64,000 nt of DNA from assembly GCA_009781185.1 (NCBI GenBank), contig WQYP01000001.1, positions 20,102 through 84,101 of the forward strand, given 5' to 3'. This document shows, piece by piece, positions 47,863 to 57,149 of this stretch. Every line of letters starts with the position of its first letter. Position 1 is the first letter of the stretch. Under the pieces are notes generated by a model. It was not told the origin of the DNA. It did not search any database and was given only the letters and a program-made list of their open reading frames with translations. Position numbers and translations under genes: made by a program. The stretch comes from Phycisphaerales bacterium. Its GTDB lineage: Bacteria; Planctomycetota; Phycisphaerae; WQYP01.

Positions 47863-48300
47863 ATGCCATCGCTGGTGATCTGTATTGCCGACGCCGTTGT
47901 CGCGGCGATCAAGGCCGAACCGCTCAAACTCGATGCGGTACGGGCGTATCGGCCTGAGTTCGAGTTGCCGGAACTCAAGACGCTTCGTGTGTCGGTGGTG
48001 CCGCGAGGTATTGAGATCACCAGTTCGGGACGGAACGCCAACCAGCACGATGTGAGCATCGACGTGGCGGTGCAGAAGAAAGTGGATGCGGGCGACCAAG
48101 AGGAACTGGATGGCTTGATGACGGTTGTCGAGAAAATCGCCGACTGTTTGCGATTACGACGTTTGGAATTTTCCGGTGGATCGGGGGGGGCGGCGGTGTG
48201 GGTGAAGACGGAGAACGCTCCGATCTATTCACCGGAACATTTGGAGAGCAAGCAGGTTTTCACCAGTGTTCTGACATTAACTTTTCGTACCGTTCGCTGA
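47863..48300 (+). CDS. Tail completion/terminator-like protein
   Basis: Gene order; IADAVV..I, LRVSVVPR, IDVAVQKK, FTSVLTLTF. Confidence 0.6.
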   Translation: MPSLVICIADAVVAAIKAEPLKLDAVRAYRPEFELPELKTLRVSVVPRGIEITSSGRNANQHDVSIDVAVQKKVDAGDQEELDGLMTVVEKIADCLRLRRLEFSGGSGGAAVWVKTENAPIYSPEHLESKQVFTSVLTLTFRTVR

Positions 48301-48314
48301 ATGTTGAGGATTAC

Positions 48315-48569
48315 ATGAAGAACTTTGTCATGTTACGTGTCGATCTTTCTGCGGAATATCAGCCATTGTCGGCGCAACCTTTGGTGGCCAGCGTGGACAT
48401 CAATGTGTCGCCGACGAATACCGGGCCGGTGTTTTTTCGTGGGACCGATGGCAAGGATGTGCCGTGGACTTCGCTTGGGGAATGGCATCACCTGCCGTGC
48501 GTGAACCTTGCGGAGATTTTCGTCAAGGGAACACCTGGTGATGTTGTGACCGTAGTGGGAGGGACGTAA
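48315..48569 (+). CDS. Hypothetical phage protein
   Basis: GAGGA RBS; ends VKGTPGDVVTVVGGT. Confidence 0.6.
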   Translation: MKNFVMLRVDLSAEYQPLSAQPLVASVDINVSPTNTGPVFFRGTDGKDVPWTSLGEWHHLPCVNLAEIFVKGTPGDVVTVVGGT

Positions 48570-48571
48570 TC

Positions 48572-49012
48572 ATGAAACCTTACGGATTTGGATTGTGTCC
48601 TGAATCGGGGAGCGGCGGTGGCGGCGGTGGATCGGGGGGGGGACTGTCGCAGGATCGGGATATTACGGTGATGGTGCCGTTTCCGAGTAACACCAATGTG
48701 CCGATGAACGTGCAGGTCGAGTTTGCGCTGGATGAGGATTTCAAAAATATCATTCTCGTGCTGGATACGAAAACGGCGTCGCCGCAGCAGTTGGAACTGA
48801 TCAGGGTTTTTGATGGCGAGGGATTTTTATTCTGGAAGGAGATCGGCAACGGCGGGCTGATGGCACCGTTCCGTGGGCAGCCTTTGATTATCAACGCACG
48901 GGCATTGATCGGCAGCAATTTCAAAGAGGCGTTTTACCGCTGGAAATTCACCCAAGCCGGTGAAGACGACACCAATGTAAAAGGCGGCATCTTTGTAGGA
49001 GCACTGCAATGA
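48572..49012 (+). CDS. Hypothetical phage protein with Gly linker
   Basis: Coupled operon gene. Confidence 0.6.
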   Translation: MKPYGFGLCPESGSGGGGGGSGGGLSQDRDITVMVPFPSNTNVPMNVQVEFALDEDFKNIILVLDTKTASPQQLELIRVFDGEGFLFWKEIGNGGLMAPFRGQPLIINARALIGSNFKEAFYRWKFTQAGEDDTNVKGGIFVGALQ

Positions 49013-49602
49013 GCTTCTGGAAAAGCACACTGGCTGTTTTGGGGCTGGCGTTGACGATGAGTTTGTCGGCGTTGCTGGCTTGTCCGACTCCGATTGCGTT
49101 TGAGAAGAACTACCTGCACATGATTAACAACCATGTGCATACGGTCAACGATGGTGTCTATCACAATGGGTTTACCGCAAATCTTCCGGTGACGATGCGG
49201 TACTTTACAACGCCGGCGCAGTTATCCAAAGGTAGTCCGCTGTTACCGCTGGCCGATCTCATTATGGAATACAAGGTTCGGACGCCTCCGAATGCGTACC
49301 CGGTAGAATGGAAAGTGGCTGCAAGGATTCAGAATCAGGAGTGGAATCCGGACTTTCCGAAACGATCCATCGCTTTGTTTGGAATTGATAGTTTCGATCC
49401 GCCGGAAGCGAAGCCCGGCGATATGGTCATCATGCGTATCTATACAGCGACCGTCACGGTGGAGGGCGTCGTCTACGAAAACGGAAACAGGACGGAAAAC
49501 CCCGACGTGAATGGCGACGACGCCGTGACTGGCCTCCCCACAACATGGCATCCCAAAGATATCGTCGAGTTTGTCATCGCCGAGCGGAGGAAAATGCAAT
49601 GA
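49009..49602 (+). CDS. Exported hypothetical protein
   Basis: Signal peptide with possible LLAC lipobox; ATGA coupling. Confidence 0.65.
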   Translation: MSFWKSTLAVLGLALTMSLSALLACPTPIAFEKNYLHMINNHVHTVNDGVYHNGFTANLPVTMRYFTTPAQLSKGSPLLPLADLIMEYKVRTPPNAYPVEWKVAARIQNQEWNPDFPKRSIALFGIDSFDPPEAKPGDMVIMRIYTATVTVEGVVYENGNRTENPDVNGDDAVTGLPTTWHPKDIVEFVIAERRKMQ

Positions 49603-50963
49603 AGAAAATGATTGCAGTTTTAGTTTTGGCGTGTAGTACGGTTGGCTTCGCTCAGACGACGCAGCCTGTCTTTACGCCACAGACGCCTACGTTCACGCCG
49701 ACCGAAGCGGCGTTCTCTGCGGCAACGCCCGCATCGTTCTCGACTTCGAGCGTAACGTTCTCGGAGACCACGTCGCAATTTACGCCGTCGAGCGCTGTGT
49801 TCGAGGCGACCGCACAAATCGAGTTTACGCTGTCGTCTGTGAAGTTTTCCCGTAAGCTGGCGGACTTCACAACGAGGTCGGCCAGTTATGTCGGACAGAT
49901 TGCCAGCTTCGCGGCATCGCAGGCCACATTTAAGGGTTCGCCGTATAACCTCGATAATCTGGCCGAGCAGGTCGTCCGGTTCATTCGATATGCAGAAGTC
50001 TTCGGCCGTAACAGCGACATTGCTCGTCGTCGGCTCTTCCTTCCTGTCAACGTCGATACGCTCGACAAATGGGCGGCGGTTTATTCTCGCACGTATCCGC
50101 CGATAGCTGAGGTGCAGTTGCCGACCGGACTGAGGATGGTGTCGGAACTGCGGGCACCGACCAGTGATGTGGAATACGAGAATTTCACACGCGAGCTGGA
50201 TTACTTCGCCGCACAAAAATACAACGCATTGCTGCTCGCCTGGTACATGCAGGACGATCCTCGGAACTTTGACAAAGCCATCACCTACGCAAAATCAAAA
50301 GGGTTCAAGGTGTGGTTCGCTTTCGGTGGTTCTATAGATGCGACAGATATCTATGCAATGGACCCGTCCGACTACTACAACAGTTTGCAGCATCTGGCGA
50401 AACAGTGTGACGGATTTATCCTCGGATGGCGGCAGACGAATCCGGGAACGGTCCTCTATGGCAACAAGCGGACGCACAACTATAAGCCCGACGCACAGTT
50501 CATCGGCTACACGCTGGCAGCGGTACGCGGGGTGAATCCGAACATCCCCGTGCTCGGCAATCTGCAATTTTTCCATTCCGAAGCATCCAAAGCGTCCGTC
50601 TGGAAGATTGTCCCCGAAGGCGTTTCCGGCATCGTCGCCTTCAACTTCGGCGTCAACACCGTCAACACAGAAAATGCCATGCGGTTCTTGAAACGGACGG
50701 AGACGAAGAAGATCGCGGTGCAGGTCATGGGTGAACGCTACTTCTATTTGACCGGACGACCGAACAACAGAACCGATGCTGCCAACCGCGCGATTTGCCG
50801 GGCTATCGAGGACAGGTACATCGCCGCCGGCGCTGCGCTCACGATTACAGACGCGGGGGACTTCAGCGATTTTTCAGAATTCACGACCGACGGTCGTGGC
50901 ACCTCAGACTTGCGTAAGTCGAGGTGGAGTCAGACTGGTTCTTATGTAAAGGAACGCCAATGA
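49599..50963 (+). CDS. Exported protein with Phe-periodic Ser/Thr repeat and putative TIM-barrel/glycoside-hydrolase-like domain
   Basis: MKKMIAVLVLACSTVGFA signal; F roughly every 7 aa; ELDYF...YNALLLAW...AITYAKSKGFKVWF. Confidence 0.6.
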   Translation: MKKMIAVLVLACSTVGFAQTTQPVFTPQTPTFTPTEAAFSAATPASFSTSSVTFSETTSQFTPSSAVFEATAQIEFTLSSVKFSRKLADFTTRSASYVGQIASFAASQATFKGSPYNLDNLAEQVVRFIRYAEVFGRNSDIARRRLFLPVNVDTLDKWAAVYSRTYPPIAEVQLPTGLRMVSELRAPTSDVEYENFTRELDYFAAQKYNALLLAWYMQDDPRNFDKAITYAKSKGFKVWFAFGGSIDATDIYAMDPSDYYNSLQHLAKQCDGFILGWRQTNPGTVLYGNKRTHNYKPDAQFIGYTLAAVRGVNPNIPVLGNLQFFHSEASKASVWKIVPEGVSGIVAFNFGVNTVNTENAMRFLKRTETKKIAVQVMGERYFYLTGRPNNRTDAANRAICRAIEDRYIAAGAALTITDAGDFSDFSEFTTDGRGTSDLRKSRWSQTGSYVKERQ

Positions 50964-51796
50964 AGAAATCTCTTTTGTGTGCAATGCTTGTGATGTTTGC
51001 TTTCGGTACTGTTGCTTTGGCGCAAACGACGCAACCCAGGCAGTTCGTCTGGTCAGATTACCAGAAGCTGACGGATGACTCCGAGAGGCAGGCGTGGCTT
51101 GATGCGAATACGCCGAACAGTTCGGTCAGCAAGGAGACGCGAGTCCAGTGGATTCGCGACCGGGCTTCGCTGGCCCAGTTCTTCGGTAAAGTTGACGATG
51201 CCAAGTCCTACATGGCGATGATGGATGCAGACGCGGCCAGAGTCGGCCTGAAAACAGATTCGCTGTTTTTGTTTTACAAGGTTTTTGAGCTTCGTATCCA
51301 ATTCAGGGATTACGAGTTCGCTGAAGCTGTTGCGTTGACGATCAAAGATCCGAAACTGAAAACGGAAGCTCTGACCGCTCTCTATGTGGTTTCCAACAAC
51401 GATGAGAAATTGCTTCCTCTGGCTGTCGCCAACAACAATCACATTCTTGCGGCCAAAAGCGCCATTCAGCTGTCTACTCAGGACAAGCTGGATGACAAGA
51501 CCAGGATTCTTGAATACGGAACCATGGCGCTCAAAGGTGGCATCAGCGTACCTCACGACGCGGTGTTTATCGTTGACGGGCTGGTCAAGTATGCAAACGT
51601 ATCGGACGCCGCCACGAAGAAGACCGTTGTGAATGCGTTGGTTGCTTTCCGCAAGACCATTCCTCCCACGAAGACGGAAAATCAATGGCTGGAAATGTGG
51701 GGCGATTTGGCGGGCAAGATTGACATGCAGGTTCAACTGCTCGAAGTGGAGATCGCCAGGGAAGCTGCGGTGAAGAAGGATGCTGCAGCGAAGTAA
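50960..51796 (+). CDS. Exported alpha-helical hypothetical protein
   Basis: MKKSLLCAMLVMFAFGTVALA-QTTQP signal peptide. Confidence 0.65.
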   Translation: MKKSLLCAMLVMFAFGTVALAQTTQPRQFVWSDYQKLTDDSERQAWLDANTPNSSVSKETRVQWIRDRASLAQFFGKVDDAKSYMAMMDADAARVGLKTDSLFLFYKVFELRIQFRDYEFAEAVALTIKDPKLKTEALTALYVVSNNDEKLLPLAVANNNHILAAKSAIQLSTQDKLDDKTRILEYGTMALKGGISVPHDAVFIVDGLVKYANVSDAATKKTVVNALVAFRKTIPPTKTENQWLEMWGDLAGKIDMQVQLLEVEIAREAAVKKDAAAK

Positions 51797-51802
51797 TCAG
51801 TT

Positions 51803-52216
51803 GTGAACGGAGTAGCCGTGATCGCCGCCAAAGCAAAGATTAAGTTCGATGCCCAGAGGATCGCCAAAGCCGCCAAGCGTGGCAACATCACAAGTGTTGG
51901 CCACGCGGCGGCGGCGATCCGGCTGGCGGCGAGGCACTCGATCAGGAAATCACCGAAGAGGTCGCGGGCGGGGACGCCGCCGAACACACGCAAAGGTCGC
52001 TTGCGAAGTGCCATCAAATACGCCGTCGGCAAATCGCCACCATCTGCAGTAATTGGGCCGGATGTTGAAGTGGCTGGCACCAGCGGGAAGGCCCACGAGT
52101 TCGGCGGGCGATACAAGAAACAGCGTTACGAAAAACGCGCGTTCATGGGACCGGCGCTGGAAAATGTGAAACCCCGATTCCCCGCGTTTTGGAAAAATTC
52201 CATACGAGGCGGGTGA
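51803..52216 (+). CDS. HK97 gp10-like neck/tail component
   Basis: SRAGTPP..RKGRLRSAI, AHEFGG, RAFMGPALE. Confidence 0.75.
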   Translation: MNGVAVIAAKAKIKFDAQRIAKAAKRGNITSVGHAAAAIRLAARHSIRKSPKRSRAGTPPNTRKGRLRSAIKYAVGKSPPSAVIGPDVEVAGTSGKAHEFGGRYKKQRYEKRAFMGPALENVKPRFPAFWKNSIRGG

Positions 52217-52258
52217 TTCAGGCTGTCATTCAACACACACGCAAAACGGGAGATTCTT

Positions 52259-52717
52259 ATGGCAATCAGGTTCGGACTTGATGCAAAGCTCTACTACTGC
52301 GTCGCCGGTATCGGCGGCTCACCGACATGGTTGGAACTGACCAACGTCAAAAACGTCACGCTCTCGCTGACCAAAGGCGAAGCGGACGTGACCACTCGTG
52401 CAAACAAAGGTTGGCGGGCGACGGCGGGAACGTTGAAAGAAGGAACTATCGAATTTGAGATGATCTGGGACACAAAAGATGCCGGATTTTCAGCGGTCCA
52501 AAAAGCATACTTCGATAATTCGATTATTGGCCTTGCCGCGATGGATGGTCCGATCACCGGGACGGATTCCAATGGTAGCCAGGGGTTGTGGGCTGACTGC
52601 ATGATTACCGACTTCTCGCGAGACGAGCCACTCGAAGAGGCACTGGGCGTGAAGGTCACGGCAAAGCCTACATACTCCACCAACCCACCGATCTGGAAGA
52701 CGGTTGGTACAGCATAA
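52259..52717 (+). CDS. Major tail tube protein
   Basis: G.DAKLY, W.ELTNVKNVTL....EADVTTR..GW.....TLK, ITDFSRDEPLEE. Confidence 0.8.
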   Translation: MAIRFGLDAKLYYCVAGIGGSPTWLELTNVKNVTLSLTKGEADVTTRANKGWRATAGTLKEGTIEFEMIWDTKDAGFSAVQKAYFDNSIIGLAAMDGPITGTDSNGSQGLWADCMITDFSRDEPLEEALGVKVTAKPTYSTNPPIWKTVGTA

Positions 52718-52778
52718 TCCCCCCCCTTTCCTCCACACACTGTTTGTATTGCGATCCCTTGCTTCTTTGGAGACATGC

Positions 52779-53318
52779 ATGAAAACCTTTGTCGATAATG
52801 CTGGGCGAACGTGGACGGTTTCTATCAACGTGGACACCGTTAAGCGTGTCCGCGATCTGGCGCAGGTAAACCTGCTCGAAGTCATTGAAGGCAAACTGCT
52901 CAATCGGCTGATTGGCGATCCGGTGCTGTTGTGCGATGTGATTTATGCGGTATGCAAGCCGGAGGCGGATGCGAAGTCAATCAGCGACGTGGACTTCGGG
53001 AGGTCGATGGCAGGCGACGCCATTGACGGTGCAACGACGGCGTTGCTGGAGGATCTGGTCGATTTTTTCCCGCAAAGCCGGCGACAGGTACTGAGCAAGG
53101 CGCTGGCGAAACTGAGGAAGTTCGAGACGGCAGCGCTGCAGACGGTGGAGACCAGATTGGAGAGTCCGGAACTCGATCGGCTGATGCAGAAGGCGCTGGC
53201 GGGCCTCGAAAACGGGGAGGGCGGAGGGGAGTGGGGGCCGACACTGCATGGGAACTTATCTGGCAATGTTCCGGAATCCTCGGCATCAATCCCGGAAACT
53301 TCACGCTCCGCGAATTAA
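52779..53318 (+). CDS. Tail assembly chaperone (G-like)
   Basis: Between tail tube and tape measure; MKTF.D..GR.W, LVDFFP. Confidence 0.7.
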   Translation: MKTFVDNAGRTWTVSINVDTVKRVRDLAQVNLLEVIEGKLLNRLIGDPVLLCDVIYAVCKPEADAKSISDVDFGRSMAGDAIDGATTALLEDLVDFFPQSRRQVLSKALAKLRKFETAALQTVETRLESPELDRLMQKALAGLENGEGGGEWGPTLHGNLSGNVPESSASIPETSRSAN

Positions 53319-53539
53319 TCGACATGACGCAATCGCGGCAGGAAGACAACTGGAACCACACCGCGGCGCTGCTCACGATGCTGGCGAATGTCAATCGCGA
53401 TCCCAAAAAAGGTCGAGCTTTCAAACCTGCGGACTTTCACCCAGCACTTCCAGCACGACGCAAACACACGGAATCGAAACCAACCGCCCCGCTCAAGGGC
53501 GACATCACGGCGCTCAAGTTTTTTGTACCGAATGCATAG
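53231..53539 (+). CDS. Second tail assembly chaperone ORF (T-like, -1 frame)
   Basis: Overlaps the previous gene by 88 nt in the -1 frame; LGINP..FTLREL..M, W.HTA.LL..LAN.NRDPKK, DFHP. Confidence 0.65.
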   Translation: MGADTAWELIWQCSGILGINPGNFTLRELIDMTQSRQEDNWNHTAALLTMLANVNRDPKKGRAFKPADFHPALPARRKHTESKPTAPLKGDITALKFFVPNA

Positions 53540-53585
53540 TTTCAAGTTTTGTGTTTCGCGTTTTTTAATTTTTTCAGGAGATCAT

Positions 53586-53870
53586 ATGAAGATTATGAAG
53601 TTCAAACTTCTCATCGCGGCGGTCCTCACGGCGGGCATGGTTGCATGTAATGGTGTGCAACTGAACGCCACCTACTCCGAGCGTCTCGATACTGCCGCTG
53701 CTGCCGCCGCCGAAAGTTACAAACGCATTCAGATTCCAGAGGAACAGGGCGGACTCACCCGCGCACAGGCCGGACAGGTGCTCGGCGGTCTCTCTGACTT
53801 CCTGCAGTTGTTCCGCGATGCCAGAGACGGAAAAGCATCACCCAGTTCCACCCCCGTCACGAAACCGTGA
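53586..53870 (+). CDS. Small lipoprotein
   Basis: AGGAG RBS; LIAAVLTAGMVAC lipobox. Confidence 0.7.
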   Translation: MKIMKFKLLIAAVLTAGMVACNGVQLNATYSERLDTAAAAAAESYKRIQIPEEQGGLTRAQAGQVLGGLSDFLQLFRDARDGKASPSSTPVTKP

Positions 53871-53946
53871 CGACGTGAATGGCCACGGATTCACACGGAT
53901 GAACACGGATGGATATTGATAGTTTTTAATGATGAGGAAAAATGCC

Positions 53947-54348
53947 ATGTCAGATACAGCACTCAGAACTATCGTTGAACCTATCACCGAGGCGGCAGCG
54001 CAGTCGGTGCAAACAATCATTGACCAGGTGACGACGAAGTTGGGCAAAACCCAGGCTGCTACGCTTGCGCCGGTGATCGCTCAGTACGGCCCGGCATTTG
54101 TCGCGATGACCGCCGCCGATATTTGGGCGTGGATCGAGTTGGCAACCCGAGGCGATCCCTACGAGTCCTATGCCGCCATCGTTCGCAGGCTGCCGAATCA
54201 GGAACTGGCAAACGAGTGGGCGGCGATCAACCAAAAGATGCAAACGGCGAACGTTCAGAACGCGGCAGCGGTCGCGTGGCAGCGTGATGCCATCGGAGCA
54301 CTACTCAAGGCTCTCGTCGCAATCGCGGCGACGCTGGTGTTCGTTTAG
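53947..54348 (+). CDS. Hypothetical protein with C-terminal TM
   Basis: GAGGA RBS; hydrophobic C-terminus. Confidence 0.6.
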   Translation: MSDTALRTIVEPITEAAAQSVQTIIDQVTTKLGKTQAATLAPVIAQYGPAFVAMTAADIWAWIELATRGDPYESYAAIVRRLPNQELANEWAAINQKMQTANVQNAAAVAWQRDAIGALLKALVAIAATLVFV

Positions 54349-54412
54349 CGCTGCGCCGGGCAGGCAAGCGGCGGCTGACACCGCCGGATGGATTTTAACG
54401 AAAGGCATAAAC

Positions 54413-54610
54413 ATGGAAGCTGTAAGAAAAACACTTCAAGGCTGGAAGACTTACATCGTCGGCATCATTGCGATCCTCGGCGTACTGGTCACGTTCGCGG
54501 ACGGCTCCTGTGAGATCGGCACCGTCATTCAGACCGTCGCAACGTCCATTCTCGCAATGACGGTGCGGGCCGGTGTGCAGAAAGTGCAAGACGCAACAGA
54601 CGCGGAGTAA
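54413..54610 (+). CDS. Holin-like small membrane protein
   Basis: LQGWKTYIVGIIAILG; two hydrophobic segments; charged tail. Confidence 0.55.
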   Translation: MEAVRKTLQGWKTYIVGIIAILGVLVTFADGSCEIGTVIQTVATSILAMTVRAGVQKVQDATDAE

Positions 54611-54618
54611 GTGCAGCG

Positions 54619-55149
54619 ATGACGAGCGACTCCGGCACAATCAAGGTCTTCGCGGCGGTGCTGGGGGGGCTGGGAAGTCCCCAAACCGGCGGCATCGCCA
54701 ACGCGCTCATGCAACTCGACGGTGTTCGTGTTTGGACACCATCGCTGCGTCTCGATCAGTTCCGTGCTGACATCGACCTGGCTGTTCGTCTTTTTCCGGC
54801 GAGGGAAGTGGTGCTAATCGGGCACTCGTTCGGTGGCCAACGAGTGCTCGACTCATGCACCAATCTCGCCAGCTTCAACATCCGCGTGGACTACCTCGTG
54901 CTGCTTGATCCGGTTGCATATGAGCCGCTCTGGTCGCGGACACTGGCCTATCCACATGGAAACGCCGCACCGAAAATCTGCGACATCTTCCGGGCCGCCA
55001 ACTCGTTTCCTGTCCTGCCCGCCGCCGTCTCCGGTGGTCCTGATCCAGTCGTGGTAGCCAACGCCACTCACAATTCGCTGTGTCACAACCCTTCGGTGAT
55101 CGCTTCTATCGTGAACCGCGTCGCGAAGTTGATGAAGGAAGGTGCGTAA
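54619..55149 (+). CDS. Alpha/beta hydrolase
   Basis: LIGHSFGG nucleophile elbow, LVLLDPV, C-terminal His. Confidence 0.8.
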   Translation: MTSDSGTIKVFAAVLGGLGSPQTGGIANALMQLDGVRVWTPSLRLDQFRADIDLAVRLFPAREVVLIGHSFGGQRVLDSCTNLASFNIRVDYLVLLDPVAYEPLWSRTLAYPHGNAAPKICDIFRAANSFPVLPAAVSGGPDPVVVANATHNSLCHNPSVIASIVNRVAKLMKEGA

Positions 55150-55152
55150 CCA

Positions 55153-57147
55153 ATGGCATCGGCTCAGGGCATCAAAGCTGGCAGCGCCTTCATTGAGTTG
55201 CTTGTCAACGACAAAGCACTCGTGAAGGGCTTGCGGAATGCGGGCAAGAAGCTCAAGGCATTCGGTAACGCGGTTGGCGATCTTGGCAAGAAGATGGCCA
55301 TGATCGGCACCGCCGTTGCCGCACCACTGGTGGGGTTTGCCAAGGGCTTTGCATCCGGAAGCAAGGAGCTTCAGACGCTCAGCCGGCGGACGGGTATCTC
55401 GGTCGAGGCTCTTTCGGAGCTTGGTTACGCCGCGTCGATCTCCGGTACGAACATGCAGACGCTCGAAGGTGGCATCAAGAAGATGCAGCGGACGATCTAC
55501 CAGGCGGCGGCGGGCTCGAAGACGGCGACGGCGGCGCTCGCGCAGTTGGGGTTGACCGTCGATGACCTGCGAGGCTTATCCCCCGATCAGCAATTTAAGT
55601 TGATCGCCGACAAACTCACCGCCATTCAAAGTCCCGCCGTCCGTGCGGCGATGGCAATGGCGATTTTTGGTAAATCCGGAATGGACCTACTGCCTATGAT
55701 GAGCCGGGGGGCGGCTGGAATTGATGCGATGCAGGAGGAGGCGAGGCGGCTTGGGCTGACATCCTCGGAAGCCAGCGTCGCTATTGGCGTCAAATTGGCC
55801 AATGCATTGAGCACGTTGTGGACCGTGCTCAAACAGCTTGGCGCAACATTGGGGGAGGCGGTGGCTCCGCTGCTGACGGACGTATCCAATCGCACCATCG
55901 ACATCGTGGTCAAGACGATTAACTGGGTAAAGCAGAACAAGGAGTTGATCGTCACGATCCTCAAGGTTGCCGCCGGCGTCGTCGCGGCGGGTGTGGCGCT
56001 CTTGGTGCTGGGCAAGGCAATTGTACTCCTTGGTGGCGCGTTCACGGCGCTGGCCACTGCCGTCGGTGCGGCCTCCGCAATAGTCGGTGTGCTCGGCGGC
56101 ATCATCGGCGGGCTTCTCTCCCCCATCGGTCTGGTAGTGGCGGCGGTGGCGGCGCTGGGGGCATACCTTATCTATGCGTCAGGGATGGGCGGGAAAGCCC
56201 TGTCGTGGTTGGGGGAGCGATTTGCGGAATTGTCGTCGTTCGCTACCGAAGCATTCGGCGGGGTCGCCGACGCCCTGGCTGCCGGTGACATCGCGCTTGC
56301 GGCGAAGATTCTGTGGCTGTCTTTGAAAGTAGCATGGCAGACAGGCATCAATACCCTCGAAACCCTGTGGACGCAATTCAAAGGTTCGTTCGTCAATATC
56401 ATTCAGGGCGCATTTTACGGAGCGCTCGCCGCGTGGGAGATTTGCCGAAGTTCGCTCGAAACCGCATGGATCGAAACGACGGCATTTTTGTCGAAGGTGT
56501 GGACGAATTTTACGGCAGGCTTCCAGACGGCATGGAACTCCGCGATCAACTGGACGACGAAACGGCTGTTGGAATTGTGGAGCCTGTTCGACGACAGCTT
56601 CGACGTGAACGAAGCCAAAGGCATGGCGGATAAGGAACTCGCGGAGACGAACAATCAAATCGAGGCCCAAAAGAAACAAGCCCTTGCACAGCGCGAGAGT
56701 CAGCGGAAGCAGGAACGTAAAACTGCTGACGATGCGTACAACTACAACATGACGCAGATTGGTCAGGCTGCGATTGATGCCGAGGATAAGCTCGCAAAAG
56801 AACAGACGGAAAAGATCAAGCAATCAAATGAAGAATTGGACAAAGCGAGAAAAGAATGGCGTGACGCCATCGGCGAGGCTCGCGACAAGCGGAAGATGAA
56901 GGAATCCCAAGGCCCCGACAGGCTGGAACCGCCACCTGCCATCAGTGATTACCTCGAAGGTTTGGGGATGGCGATTGAGCAGGCGCAGAAGAAAACCATC
57001 GGCGTGCGTGGCACATTCAATGCGATGGAAGCCGCCGGTATGGGGGGCGGCGGCGTGACGGATCGCATTGCGAAAGCGACGGAAGAAACAGCAAAACACA
57101 CGAAGAAACTGGTTCAGCAAGGTAATGATGATGCGGAGTTCGATTAA
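55153..57147 (+). CDS. Tail tape measure protein
   Basis: IKAGSAFIEL, RTGISVEALSEL.YAA, IFGKSG..LLP; long Ala/Gly-rich helical region. Confidence 0.92.
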   Translation: MASAQGIKAGSAFIELLVNDKALVKGLRNAGKKLKAFGNAVGDLGKKMAMIGTAVAAPLVGFAKGFASGSKELQTLSRRTGISVEALSELGYAASISGTNMQTLEGGIKKMQRTIYQAAAGSKTATAALAQLGLTVDDLRGLSPDQQFKLIADKLTAIQSPAVRAAMAMAIFGKSGMDLLPMMSRGAAGIDAMQEEARRLGLTSSEASVAIGVKLANALSTLWTVLKQLGATLGEAVAPLLTDVSNRTIDIVVKTINWVKQNKELIVTILKVAAGVVAAGVALLVLGKAIVLLGGAFTALATAVGAASAIVGVLGGIIGGLLSPIGLVVAAVAALGAYLIYASGMGGKALSWLGERFAELSSFATEAFGGVADALAAGDIALAAKILWLSLKVAWQTGINTLETLWTQFKGSFVNIIQGAFYGALAAWEICRSSLETAWIETTAFLSKVWTNFTAGFQTAWNSAINWTTKRLLELWSLFDDSFDVNEAKGMADKELAETNNQIEAQKKQALAQRESQRKQERKTADDAYNYNMTQIGQAAIDAEDKLAKEQTEKIKQSNEELDKARKEWRDAIGEARDKRKMKESQGPDRLEPPPAISDYLEGLGMAIEQAQKKTIGVRGTFNAMEAAGMGGGGVTDRIAKATEETAKHTKKLVQQGNDDAEFD

Positions 57148-57149
57148 TT

